Below are positions 49,123-58,821 of a DNA stretch of 64,000 bases, one piece after another (the first letter of the stretch is position 1; every line of letters starts with the position of its first letter). A program made the position numbers and the translations under genes. The stretch is from positions 160,001 through 224,000 of the IMG/VR virus record IMGVR_UViG_3300011559_000001, one strand, 5' to 3'. Under the pieces are notes generated by a model, which saw only the letters and a program-made list of their open reading frames with translations, searched no databases and had not been told where the DNA came from. The DNA comes from a virus. Lineage: Duplodnaviria > Caudoviricetes.

Positions 49123-50349
49123 TTAAGGGGATGTACCCTGATAGTACTGCATGGCCATGGCGCGCAACACCAAATACAACTGCACGCCCGTACGCACCGC
49201 TGCGATGACCGAATCATTCTTGGTCTTGATCGCTTGGGTGACCACACGCTCAGACAAGGCTTTCGTCTTGAGCAGTGATTCGTTGGACATTCGCGAGGCC
49301 ATGTACATCGAGCGCAGCTTCGCAATCAGCGGGGTCAACCCGCCGCGCGTGTTGTAGAGGCTCCGGTCAGATGCGATCAAATCGAACGCATAGATCAGGG
49401 ACTCATCAGCCAGCTCGGTGATGTACTCATGCCGGGCAACCAGACGGTTCCGGCTCATCCACTCCAGTGTCTCCACCAGGTGGCGCGGGTTCATCGTGTG
49501 CATTGCATCAGCCACCACGTCCACCAGCTCGTCGCGCACGAACGACTTGGGGTCGTCCATGACTTCATGCAGGTAACGGATGAACGTGGAGAACTGTCGG
49601 GACTTGTCCTGTAGGACCACGTCACCTTCAATCTCACGCACGCTCTTCTCAGTGTTGACACGCACACCCTTCGAATGTAGATCGTAGAAGATCTTGCTGA
49701 TCGACTTGATCAATTCCTTCAGACGGTTCTGAATGTCGTTGATCATCCGAATCACATCATCGTCCGACCGCATTTCCATGTAAGCGCGGCGATGAACGCT
49801 GCGCGTCGAGACCATTTCCTTGGCACGCTTCTCGAGCAGGTCATGCCAGCTCTTGGAAGTCTTGATCAAAAACTTGCGGGACATCGCAGCCAGGGTCGCC
49901 TGGGCAGTTCCTTGGTCGGCTGGGTACTTCCAATAGTGCGAAAGTAGCGAGCCCAGGAACTTGTACTGCATGATCTGGATTGTCAGTGTTGCTCCCTCCT
50001 CCTTCAAAGCCGGGGAGAGATTGGAGTTCATGATGCGGTGGGTGAGCCACACGCAGGACTGATTGAACACGTCGTTGGCGCGAACCCAGGTTTGGTCATG
50101 GGGCAGACGCTTGATCCCTTCTTCGACCAACAGGTCGTCGATGTCAAGGATCTCGCTGAACCACTTGTCCTGGTCCGAGGGGCGAAAGCGCATCGAGTGA
50201 ACACCGGTGAGGTTACCGCCGAAGAAGGCGATATGGTCCTCGTTGCGGTTCACGAAGCTGCGCTCAAACTCCCGGAGACGTTGGATCAGTTTCGCATCGA
50301 CGACGAAGTCCGTTGCCGCGTCGTCGAATACCGATTTGATCGTTTCCAC
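49123..50349 (-). CDS. conserved phiKZ-like core protein
   Basis: 408 aa; HIAFFGGNLTGV, LRSMYMASR, AVRTGVQLYLVLR. Confidence 0.8.
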   Translation of the reverse strand: METIKSVFDDAATDFVVDAKLIQRLREFERSFVNRNEDHIAFFGGNLTGVHSMRFRPSDQDKWFSEILDIDDLLVEEGIKRLPHDQTWVRANDVFNQSCVWLTHRIMNSNLSPALKEEGATLTIQIMQYKFLGSLLSHYWKYPADQGTAQATLAAMSRKFLIKTSKSWHDLLEKRAKEMVSTRSVHRRAYMEMRSDDDVIRMINDIQNRLKELIKSISKIFYDLHSKGVRVNTEKSVREIEGDVVLQDKSRQFSTFIRYLHEVMDDPKSFVRDELVDVVADAMHTMNPRHLVETLEWMSRNRLVARHEYITELADESLIYAFDLIASDRSLYNTRGGLTPLIAKLRSMYMASRMSNESLLKTKALSERVVTQAIKTKNDSVIAAVRTGVQLYLVLRAMAMQYYQGTSP

Positions 50350-50419
50350 GTGATGCTCCAGTGGGGCTTGTATGTTTGACTATACAATGGAGCGGCAGGT
50401 GAGGTTCGAACATAGACTC

Positions 50420-50545
50420 TTGTCAACGAAGTATGAAATTACTGTGAAGATCGTGTTAAGTATTTTTCTACTTCAATGACTCTAAGTGTAGGACCCATTT
50501 TTACTAGTACTACGTAAGTAGTACTTACTATAGTAACTATATGGG
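50420..50545. other. AT-rich non-coding island with palindromes
   Basis: AGTACTAC-GTAA-GTAGTACT (50506-50525) and TTACTATAGTAA (50525-50536). Confidence 0.5.
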
Positions 50546-50698
50546 AGGGTCTGTTTGAGACCGGAGGTCGAAAATGGACAAAAAATCACCACATCGCTCA
50601 GCCTTGGGGGCTGAGCTGTTTATGCCCGTCTTCACGCTAGGGGATTTTTGGGATCCCCTAGCTCTACCCTATGAAAGATTACTCACTGGAGTGTAACT

Positions 50699-51673
50699 GT
50701 GACCAACCACCTGTCGTCCACTCGAGTGGACGTGATCTGCAGTAGCGAAGTCCAGGCTGCGCTTGAGGCGCATCTGGATTCGCAGATCTACCGTTTCCCC
50801 CATACCAGCGTTTCGCTGGAAACCCAACAGCTCGATGAAGCCAAGAAGGTTTCTGATCTGGCGGAACACCACGAAAACATCAAGAGGCTGCTGAAGGCCG
50901 AAAAGCCCACCGGTGTTCCGCACCTGTTCGTGCTGGACGCCAAGGCGCTGGCCAGCGGTGATGCTCAGTCTCAGTCGGTACTGCAAGCACTGGCCAGCCA
51001 GCAGTTCAACCGCAACACCTCTGTGGCGCTGCTGCCTCCGATTACCGAGCGTACCCCCGAGGTCGAACTGGCAGCGCAAACCATCAAGGATGGCCTGTTG
51101 CAGGAAGCCGGTGTCGTGGCGCTGGAATCGGTGGAGGCCATCAACAAGTTCTTCGGCACCGTCCGGGCGACACCGGCGCTGGAAGGTCTGGAAGTCAGCA
51201 TGGAAAAGATCGGCTTCCTGCGCCGGCTGTTCGAATCCAAGGAAGCCTACCGTGGTACGGTCACCCAGCAGCAGATCCTCAGTCTGCTCAAGCAACACGA
51301 TGCCACGATTTATCCGTGGAGCGAAGAAGACATCGAGCGTGTGGAGAAGACCCTGAAGGTCCGCTTCCACCACGATTCCCATCGCCTGCTGGCCAACATC
51401 GGCGCGATTCGTCTGGGACCGCTGGTCACCTACGGTCCGACGGAGATGATCGAAAAGACCGCATGGCTCAATGAGCTGTGTCCGGTTCCGAAGAGTTGGG
51501 TGTTGATCTCCTCGCAGACCTACGCTGACGAGCCGGACAACCCGTACTTTGTGATCCTCAACACCTCCACCGGCAAGTGCTCGGCCTTCCCGCTGCAGGG
51601 TGGGTTCATCACTGACCCGAAGATGCCGTTCAGCAATATCCTGCTGTCGGCTGTCCGTGAAGTGATTCGCTGA
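50699..51673 (+). CDS. putative head-packaged protein with C-terminal SMI1/KNR4 (SUKH)-like domain
   Basis: SLE/ALE/SME sites then SEEDIERVEKTLKVRF..DSHRLL...PKSWVLI; TATGA and GGAG upstream. Confidence 0.65.
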   Translation: MTNHLSSTRVDVICSSEVQAALEAHLDSQIYRFPHTSVSLETQQLDEAKKVSDLAEHHENIKRLLKAEKPTGVPHLFVLDAKALASGDAQSQSVLQALASQQFNRNTSVALLPPITERTPEVELAAQTIKDGLLQEAGVVALESVEAINKFFGTVRATPALEGLEVSMEKIGFLRRLFESKEAYRGTVTQQQILSLLKQHDATIYPWSEEDIERVEKTLKVRFHHDSHRLLANIGAIRLGPLVTYGPTEMIEKTAWLNELCPVPKSWVLISSQTYADEPDNPYFVILNTSTGKCSAFPLQGGFITDPKMPFSNILLSAVREVIR

Positions 51674-51744
51674 CCATAAGTCCCCACCCTTCGGGGTGGG
51701 GTTTATGCCGTCGAAAAAAATACGATTGAAACGGATCTGACAAA

Positions 51745-51752
51745 TATATTAC
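51745..51752 (+). promoter_or_regulatory. putative early (virion RNAP) promoter
   Basis: Exact TATATTAC (phiKZ early consensus) in AT-rich spacer after a terminator. Confidence 0.55.
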
Positions 51753-51888
51753 TTTTACGACAGCGTACCTGAACTTGGTACTCCTGAGTCTGCGGTGGGG
51801 GCCTTGAGTGCTTGTTGGCAGATTTGCCCCTTGCCAGCAAGGTGCGAGCTCCTGTGCCCCCACCACCTATTCCAACCAAGGATCGATC

Positions 51889-52770
51889 ATGCAATTCCAG
51901 AAAGCCTACCGTCGTCAAACCCTCAAAGTCGTTTACGGCTTGGTCCTGTTCTTCAACGAGAACCGCGACGGTCCCAGCATCGAAGTCGCAATGGAAACCT
52001 TGGCTGAGTATTTCCCGGATGTCGAAGTGGAAGTGCGTCACGTCGATCAGCCCAAGCGCTTCCAACTGCAGAGCGGTATCACCCTGTCCTTGGAGAATAT
52101 CCAGGAGCAGATGTACAACTCGCTCAAGGGGCAAGACAGCACCACCTTGCAGATCAAGTCCGGCTCCAGCTGGCATGACTCGATCGTCCAGGCCATCGCC
52201 GGTCTGAAAGACATCCAGGAGACCTGCGGGATTTCTCGCCTGTACGATGCCCTCAAGTACCTGACCATTCCCAGTGAAGACCGTAAGGAAATCCTGGACC
52301 TGTACATGAAGGTGGTGGTCAAGGGTACCCCGCTGCCGGAAAACGAGACCATCTACGATCCGGTGGGCTCTACCTTCCGTATCGACCCGTTGGCCTTGGC
52401 CGAAGTTCTGGCCAAGCCCGACGCACCCAACGAAGAAGAACTGGTCGACCCCACGTACTTCAATCCGTGGAATGACCTGTTCCCGCGCATCTTCGGGAAC
52501 TACAGCAGTGCGATGGATGATCTGTTCATCTACGCCCTCAAGGCCGTTGCCAATCACGGCCATCGGGCCTTCCGCGAGCAGTACGGTGAAGAGCTGGCCG
52601 AGCTGGTCCTCTACACCTTGGCCGGTCATGATCTTACCGAATACGGCACCTCTCCGCGGACGGCCTACCCGAACCCGCAGGTGGCCGATCAGTGGGACCT
52701 GCTGATCACCAAGTGGGAGAACTACCGTACGGCCAACGACACCAAGGCCGACGGCACCCGCCACGACTGA
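51889..52770 (+). CDS. hypothetical early protein
   Basis: AAGGA RBS, ATG 51889. Confidence 0.75.
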   Translation: MQFQKAYRRQTLKVVYGLVLFFNENRDGPSIEVAMETLAEYFPDVEVEVRHVDQPKRFQLQSGITLSLENIQEQMYNSLKGQDSTTLQIKSGSSWHDSIVQAIAGLKDIQETCGISRLYDALKYLTIPSEDRKEILDLYMKVVVKGTPLPENETIYDPVGSTFRIDPLALAEVLAKPDAPNEEELVDPTYFNPWNDLFPRIFGNYSSAMDDLFIYALKAVANHGHRAFREQYGEELAELVLYTLAGHDLTEYGTSPRTAYPNPQVADQWDLLITKWENYRTANDTKADGTRHD

Positions 52771-52836
52771 CCGCAGTAAGCTTCAACACATTCACCTTCC
52801 CTGTATACACCGCCCTTCCTTTCGAGATCAATCTCC

Positions 52837-53406
52837 ATGAACGTCCAGTCCATCAAGAAGTCCTTCACCCGTTCGCTGCGTGGCATGGTCCACAGCCTGT
52901 TCCACAACAGCTCCAATCCGGCCGTTGTGGGTCGCAACGAACACCACCTGGAAAACGAGTACCGTCGCCGCCTGTCCTCTCCGTTGGGTGCAGCGGCGCT
53001 GCTGGGTAGCTGGATCTTCGAGGACGAGCACGTCCTGGAGGTCCTGAGCAAGAACCCGGCCACCCAGCCGCAGTTGATGCGCGTTGCGGTGATCGGTGAC
53101 GAAATCCGCATCAACTTGTTCCGCCTGGAGCGTTTCCCCGGCGGCCCGCTGACCCCGGCCTACAACGACAACTGGCAGAAGGACGGCATCATCGACTTCG
53201 TCATGACCCAGGCTGTGGTTGGTAAGTCCAATGTGGCCGATGTCCCCGCTTACCGTCAGGAGTACAAGCACCTGGTGCGTGAGCTGCAGGCTGACCTCAG
53301 CTACGACGCCTACGAACCGTACGCCTCGCTCACGCTCCCGCTGGTGCCGGAGGAGATGGGTGAGATCAACGCAGTCACCACTCCGGCCTGGAGGCAGCTC
53401 TCCTAA
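52837..53406 (+). CDS. hypothetical protein
   Basis: 189-aa ORF. Confidence 0.7.
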   Translation: MNVQSIKKSFTRSLRGMVHSLFHNSSNPAVVGRNEHHLENEYRRRLSSPLGAAALLGSWIFEDEHVLEVLSKNPATQPQLMRVAVIGDEIRINLFRLERFPGGPLTPAYNDNWQKDGIIDFVMTQAVVGKSNVADVPAYRQEYKHLVRELQADLSYDAYEPYASLTLPLVPEEMGEINAVTTPAWRQLS

Positions 53407-53454
53407 CGGAGACTGTCTCATGCATCAACCCCTCAACTTCCAAAGGTATCCACC

Positions 53455-54048
53455 ATGAAACTGAAGTCCACGATGGCCCTGCTGGCCGCCCTGCTGATGG
53501 TTGGCTGTGTGCCCACCACCAATTCCTCCACCCCGGCGCAGCGTCTGGATCGTGCCGAGCGCACGGCCGAGACCCTGCAGAAGAGCGAAAGCCCGAACAT
53601 GGCCTTCGTTCCGCCCACCACCCAGGCCCAGTACGCGGTCGCTCCGGCTCCGCTGACCAACGCCACCAAGCAGCAGGCAGTGCCGGCTGACAGCACCGAG
53701 TACCAGGTCGATCTGGTCGAGATGACCCAGGCCATCAACACCAGCAACGCCGGCCGCTTCGTTGGCCTGCCCACCGGCTTCAAGCACGGCTACCCGATCT
53801 TCCCGGCCACCTGCATCTTCGATCCGGGCAATGCCACCTGCCAGCTGGCCGATGGTGAAGAAGTCGATGAAGCTTATCTGGTGGCCCACACCACCGTGAT
53901 CCGCAACATCGATGTGCTGGGTCTGACCTGCGGTCTGATCTGCGTGGACGAGGACGGCAACGTTCTGGGCCACGTGTCCAAGGAAATGATCGCATGGCGC
54001 GATCGCAATTGCACCTGGGTGGACTACGGCACCCCCAAGTGTAAGTAA
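53455..54048 (+). CDS. Cys-rich lipoprotein
   Basis: MKLKSTMALLAALLMVG-C lipobox; six further Cys in the C-terminal domain. Confidence 0.75.
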   Translation: MKLKSTMALLAALLMVGCVPTTNSSTPAQRLDRAERTAETLQKSESPNMAFVPPTTQAQYAVAPAPLTNATKQQAVPADSTEYQVDLVEMTQAINTSNAGRFVGLPTGFKHGYPIFPATCIFDPGNATCQLADGEEVDEAYLVAHTTVIRNIDVLGLTCGLICVDEDGNVLGHVSKEMIAWRDRNCTWVDYGTPKCK

Positions 54049-54095
54049 CACCCCTGCCGTCAACTACCTCACTAAGAGAATAAGAAGAAACTAAA

Positions 54096-54554
54096 ATGAT
54101 TGAAACGATTACTATCCAACACAACGCCTTCGCCTCCACTGCTGCTGTGGACGCTTTCAAGGCAATCCTGGCTGAACTGCTGGCTGAGGAAGGCTCCACG
54201 CCGACCATCATCGTCCAGAAGGTCAAGCCGTTCCAGCTCGACGGCAACCAGTTCCGCGTGGTCTGGCTGGGCGGCTACAGCTTCACCTCCCCGGATGAGC
54301 ACTTCAAATTCCACGAAGACAACCTCCGTGCGGAAGTGGAAGCGACCGACCTGGACTTCGATGTCTACACCAAGCTGGTGGCTGCTCGCAGTCGTCAGTT
54401 GGTCATGGGCTACCGCAACGCACTGCGTGGCGTGTACAACATGACCGTGGACCTCAATGCCGGCGTGAGTGCCTACGTCCCGGTGATGCCGGTGAACGAG
54501 TACGTCCAGAAGACGTTGGAAGCGGCCCTGACCGCCTTCCCCAACACCAACTGA
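54096..54554 (+). CDS. hypothetical protein
   Basis: 152-aa ORF followed by bidirectional hairpin. Confidence 0.75.
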   Translation: MIETITIQHNAFASTAAVDAFKAILAELLAEEGSTPTIIVQKVKPFQLDGNQFRVVWLGGYSFTSPDEHFKFHEDNLRAEVEATDLDFDVYTKLVAARSRQLVMGYRNALRGVYNMTVDLNAGVSAYVPVMPVNEYVQKTLEAALTAFPNTN

Positions 54555-54616
54555 CGGCATAACCAGAGGACTCCCACTCGGGAGTCCTCTGGCGTCTGTG
54601 CCGTTTTCTTTTTGGC

Positions 54617-55417
54617 TTAGTTGTTGCCGCCCACGATCATCCGAAGCATGCGCTCCTTGGTACGGGTATCGTCCATGTGCATGACCTTCTGGAACACGTC
54701 ACGGAAGTACTCTTTGTACATCTGGTTGGCATCGGAGTAGCTGTCCACCGTTTCACGGAAGACGCCCAGCTCCATACCACCCACCAGCTGACCCATGCCG
54801 ATGCGGATACGGCCCTTGGTGTAGATGTAGGCCTTGATGGCGTATTCCACCAACTGACTGAAGTGCGGCTGGGCCGGACCACTCAGGGTGGAGAACTCAT
54901 CGTCCTGTTCCAGGAAACAACGCAGGAACGAGGCGCGCGGCAAGGACAGGTAGTCACTGACCAACACGGTGTTCTCGGCGATCAACCGGATATAGGCGGT
55001 GGAGACGATCGGGATACCCGCTTGGGCACTCATCAATCCTTGAGCTGCTTCCAGAATCTGGGAGTAGCCTTCCACACCCATGTACGAGGTGTTCATCATC
55101 GTGGACTGGCCGATGGTCAACCCCAGCACGCGCGAGATGCGCCGGTTCTGGGTGAGAGACATCGGAATGCGGTAGACGATCTTGTACATGTCCACCTGTT
55201 CAGGAGTCACCCCATGCAAGGGTAGCTCCACTTGCGTACCGCCTACCAACTTGCAGTCGGGCATCACGCGGGCATCGATGACCTTCTCACGGATCATCGT
55301 GTCCAGCGACACCGGCAGCTGCTGCTGGCCGAATTCACGCTTGAGGAAGATCTCCTGGAGGATCTCTTCAGGAATCTCCCACTTGGCGTCTTGGATTGCT
55401 TTGTCAATTGCACCCAT
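54617..55417 (-). CDS. conserved phiKZ-like (probably virion) protein
   Basis: IPEEILQEIF...AIKAYIY...GGMELG...YSDANQMY; AGGAG RBS and TATGA upstream. Confidence 0.75.
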   Translation of the reverse strand: MGAIDKAIQDAKWEIPEEILQEIFLKREFGQQQLPVSLDTMIREKVIDARVMPDCKLVGGTQVELPLHGVTPEQVDMYKIVYRIPMSLTQNRRISRVLGLTIGQSTMMNTSYMGVEGYSQILEAAQGLMSAQAGIPIVSTAYIRLIAENTVLVSDYLSLPRASFLRCFLEQDDEFSTLSGPAQPHFSQLVEYAIKAYIYTKGRIRIGMGQLVGGMELGVFRETVDSYSDANQMYKEYFRDVFQKVMHMDDTRTKERMLRMIVGGNN

Positions 55418-55572
55418 GGTGGGCTCCTAATAGAACTTCATAGGAATACCCCACGAATCAACCAACTTTCAAAACTAGAATATCTACTTGAGCAGTCTGA
55501 ATGAACATCTGTAATTTTTCGCTCAGGCAGCTTCATGGTTTGATCTGTCAACCGTGCCTCTGGAGGCCACCC

Positions 55573-56106
55573 GTGTCAAAGTCCCCGTTAGGAGATAACA
55601 CCGGCTGGGTGGTGAACACCGACCGCCACTATGCTTCACGTGAACTGGATCAACCCACTCACGACATGCTGGCGCTGGTGGCAGTGGCGCTGGATCCTGA
55701 ACTGTCCCAGATGGAACGCTTCTTTCCGGAGCGGGTGATCTTGGCAGTCAGGGTCGGAAAGCGTACGCTGCACATCCGGGCTTACAACCGTGACGAAGTG
55801 GAACGACGGCCTGATGAAATGGCTTCTCGCTCTGCCTACCGCGATACCTACACGTACATCGCCTTTGATCTGCACGACAACAAACCTAAGTTGTTGGAAG
55901 GTCAACTGCGCGATGATGCTCAAGGCCATCGTCCCATGCTGTACGGCGATCGCCGTCTCAGTGCTGAACGGGTGTATGAACTGGACCAGTTGCAGGCCAA
56001 GTTCCTCAGGCGCCTTCCGCTGACCGCGGCAGGGGCTCTGTTGGAAATGACGGCCCTTGCGATTTTCCAAGACAAACCTTCCAACTCCATCGAAACCGCT
56101 GCATAA
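55573..56106 (+). CDS. hypothetical protein
   Basis: GGAGG RBS + GTG 55573. Confidence 0.65.
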   Translation: MSKSPLGDNTGWVVNTDRHYASRELDQPTHDMLALVAVALDPELSQMERFFPERVILAVRVGKRTLHIRAYNRDEVERRPDEMASRSAYRDTYTYIAFDLHDNKPKLLEGQLRDDAQGHRPMLYGDRRLSAERVYELDQLQAKFLRRLPLTAAGALLEMTALAIFQDKPSNSIETAA

Positions 56107-56116
56107 GGGAAACAAC

Positions 56117-57112
56117 ATGTCGCAGAACAACGCCAACCTTCCGCCGCACGGCACCTTCCGTATCTACGGCGCTGGCGGCGCTGGTATCAACATCGTCGGT
56201 GGCTGGAACTCGGTCAACGGTACCAAGCCGGGTCCGGGCACGGGCCTGACCGAGCTGGCCTACATCGACACCTCCCGCTCCAACCTGCCGGCCGGCGTCG
56301 ACCCGGACCTGGTCTTCGTGCTGGAAGGCGTGGACGGTTCGGGTAAGGTGCGCGCTGAGAACCACGTGGAAATCGGCCGCAACATCCGCAACGTCATCCA
56401 GCAGCACGAGCCGGGCGATCTCAACGTGGTGGTGTTCTCCGCCTCCGGCGGCTCCGGCTCGGTCTTCGGTCCGCTGCTGGTGTCTGAGCTGATCGAACGC
56501 GGTCAGCCGGTGCTGGCCATCGTGATCGGTTCGGAAGAATCCAACATCACCGCCAAGAACACCCTCAACACCCTGAAGTCGCTCGAAGCGATCTCCAAGA
56601 AGAAGGGCGTGCCGGTGGTGATGGCCTACCTGCACAACGAGCGCAATGCCAAGCGTTCGGACGTGGACACCCGGGCCCGCTACGTGATGTCGACCCTGGC
56701 CATGCTGGCCAGCCGTCGCAACCACGCTCTGGACACCAAGGACCTGATCCACTTCTTCAACTTCTCCAAGGTCACCTCGGTGGAAGCGCAGCTGGCACTG
56801 CTGCACGTCTACTCCGACCCCAACGAAGTGGACGCTGCGTCCGGCCCGATCGCCATCGCCTCGCTGATGCGTGATCCGGACCAGGTCGGCTACACGATCA
56901 CCCCCGAGTACGAAACCACCGGCTACCCGTCCGAAGCCATCGACACCTTCGACCAGCTGCACTTCGTGATCACCACCGACGGCGTCCAGGGCATCAACAA
57001 GACCCTGAACTCGCGCATCGATGAAGTCACCAAGAACAGCGCCGCCCGCGTCAAGCACGATTCGATCGTGACGGCCAGCGACGCGGTCACCGACGACGGC
57101 CTGGTCCTGTAA
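56117..57112 (+). CDS. phuZ: PhuZ phage tubulin
   Basis: YGAGGAGINI, IDTS, GSGKVR, SASGGSGS, LDTKD, acidic-hydrophobic tail DDGLVL. Confidence 0.95.
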   Translation: MSQNNANLPPHGTFRIYGAGGAGINIVGGWNSVNGTKPGPGTGLTELAYIDTSRSNLPAGVDPDLVFVLEGVDGSGKVRAENHVEIGRNIRNVIQQHEPGDLNVVVFSASGGSGSVFGPLLVSELIERGQPVLAIVIGSEESNITAKNTLNTLKSLEAISKKKGVPVVMAYLHNERNAKRSDVDTRARYVMSTLAMLASRRNHALDTKDLIHFFNFSKVTSVEAQLALLHVYSDPNEVDAASGPIAIASLMRDPDQVGYTITPEYETTGYPSEAIDTFDQLHFVITTDGVQGINKTLNSRIDEVTKNSAARVKHDSIVTASDAVTDDGLVL

Positions 57113-57182
57113 GGACCCCTGACTCCCAGACCCCTGCTTCGGCGGGGGTCTGGAGTCTATGCCTTTTCTCTTGAGGTCCACC

Positions 57183-57383
57183 ATGAACGATCTGTTCGTT
57201 TGCGACAAGTGCAACAACATCGATGCGCTGGAGTTTGCGTACCCCGATGGCTACACCCCCGGTCTTCCCTACGAGTGCACCCAATGTCAAACTGGTCAAT
57301 GGCACGGCCTGCTCCACCAGCGAGCCTACGACCCGGAGAAGGATACGGTAGTGAACCGTCCAACGGGTATCGGGATGAGCTAA
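57183..57383 (+). CDS. small Zn-ribbon protein
   Basis: CDKC...CTQC..GQWH; GAGG RBS. Confidence 0.75.
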   Translation: MNDLFVCDKCNNIDALEFAYPDGYTPGLPYECTQCQTGQWHGLLHQRAYDPEKDTVVNRPTGIGMS

Positions 57384-57841
57384 CGCTCGTCATCCGACAG
57401 AACCCCTACCAAGACCTTTCCGAGTACAGCCAGCAGATCCTCCATGGGTTTGGTGTGGATGGACACTGGCTGTTTACCCTTTTCGTTGATCTGATCCAGA
57501 AGGGTCACGTCGACACCAGCAATACCCGATGGCAGTACGATGGTAGCTTTGCCCGCATGATGCTGGCCGCTGAAGATCTCTTCACCACATGGCTGATCCA
57601 AGCTGCTGAAGGGGAAGGCATGTGCGATGATCAGCTGGCTATCCTCGACGCTGTGGCTGAAGAGGAAGTCCCCACGCTGATTGGCGAGGCTGAACCGATC
57701 CTGTACCAGATGTGCCTGCTCTTGAGCAGCATGTCGCCCCCGCCCGGGATGCAACACCAGCGACTGGACAAGTATCTGGTGGGCTACTCGATGAACGGCC
57801 TGCACGCAGGCTATCTCCACTTCCAGTTCAACGACCTATGA
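57299..57841 (+). CDS. paralogue-array member 1 (start uncertain)
   Basis: LVIRQNPYQDLSEYSQQILHGFGVDGHWLF aligns with member 2. Confidence 0.6.
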   Translation: MARPAPPASLRPGEGYGSEPSNGYRDELTLVIRQNPYQDLSEYSQQILHGFGVDGHWLFTLFVDLIQKGHVDTSNTRWQYDGSFARMMLAAEDLFTTWLIQAAEGEGMCDDQLAILDAVAEEEVPTLIGEAEPILYQMCLLLSSMSPPPGMQHQRLDKYLVGYSMNGLHAGYLHFQFNDL

Positions 57842-58275
57842 AGATCGTCATTCCCTACGCCCCCGAAGAGCTGTTCTCTGACGCAGACCATCATCTGATG
57901 TCCTCGCTGGGGTTGGACCCGATCTTCCTGTTCAACCGAGCACTGGAAGATTGGACGCTCTATTCCTACGGCCAGGCGTGGGATAAATACGAGAACACCG
58001 TGGATTGCATTCACGAACATCTCTACGTGAAATACCAGCACAACCCGCAGCTGTTGGAATCGAGTGAGACCTTGCTCAACGACCGCGCTGACGAAGTCAC
58101 CTTGATGATCGTCCAAGTGGCCGGGTATCTGCACCGGGTCTTACAGGACATCCCTGATGATGTCGTGCGTGAAAGTCTCAACAGCGATGTCTACCACGTC
58201 CTGCGCGTGGAGAAGCTCGATCCCATCGGCCGCTACGGGCAGCTGTTCTCTCAGTCCGAACCCATGTACGCCTGA
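57838..58275 (+). CDS. paralogue-array member 2
   Basis: ATGA overlap; IVIPYAPEELFSDADHHLMSSLGLDPIFLF. Confidence 0.7.
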   Translation: MKIVIPYAPEELFSDADHHLMSSLGLDPIFLFNRALEDWTLYSYGQAWDKYENTVDCIHEHLYVKYQHNPQLLESSETLLNDRADEVTLMIVQVAGYLHRVLQDIPDDVVRESLNSDVYHVLRVEKLDPIGRYGQLFSQSEPMYA

Positions 58276-58417
58276 CCTCGTGTCAGGCGTTATGCTGTCA
58301 AACGCGCTAGAACGCGTTCTGCGCCCCGTACGTTATTAAGTACATACAACCGTAATCTAGTGAGCAGGAAGGCCGCTGTGGCGCTTCTGAGGCCTTTCCT
58401 GAATCGAGTCCATTCCC

Positions 58418-58807
58418 ATGCCCTTCAAGTCCAAGACGTTCAGTAACGGATTCATCTTCACCTTGCTACCCATTCTCGATGACCTCGAACCTGAGGTGAG
58501 TGGCGTGTACAAGGAACTGCACCTGTTGGATTACCCCTTCACCGAAAGTGATGTGGTGACCACTTGGGTCATGTACCAGCTGGAGCGCCACGCCCATCTG
58601 ACGTTGGAGTTCAACGCACAGAAGGAAGCAGCCCAGCTCATCACCTCGCTGACTGATAAGCGGTTTTTCGATAGCCAGATCGCCGCGCGCGATCAGCTGC
58701 TGTCGCAGGTGTTGCCAGCGTTGACTTGTCGAGAGTCAATCCCTTACACCGAACGCATCTGCCGTGTCTGGACCCGCCTTCCGGACCTGCACTTGCAATT
58801 TCTCTGA
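58418..58807 (+). CDS. paralogue-array member 3
   Basis: ends VWTRLPDLHLQF. Confidence 0.65.
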   Translation: MPFKSKTFSNGFIFTLLPILDDLEPEVSGVYKELHLLDYPFTESDVVTTWVMYQLERHAHLTLEFNAQKEAAQLITSLTDKRFFDSQIAARDQLLSQVLPALTCRESIPYTERICRVWTRLPDLHLQFL

Positions 58808-58821
58808 GAGCTGACGTAGCA

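Noticed and set aside
50340-50470. Complete tRNA gene or prophage att site
   Set aside because: No pairing 5' half and no integrase in the window; kept only as a remnant.
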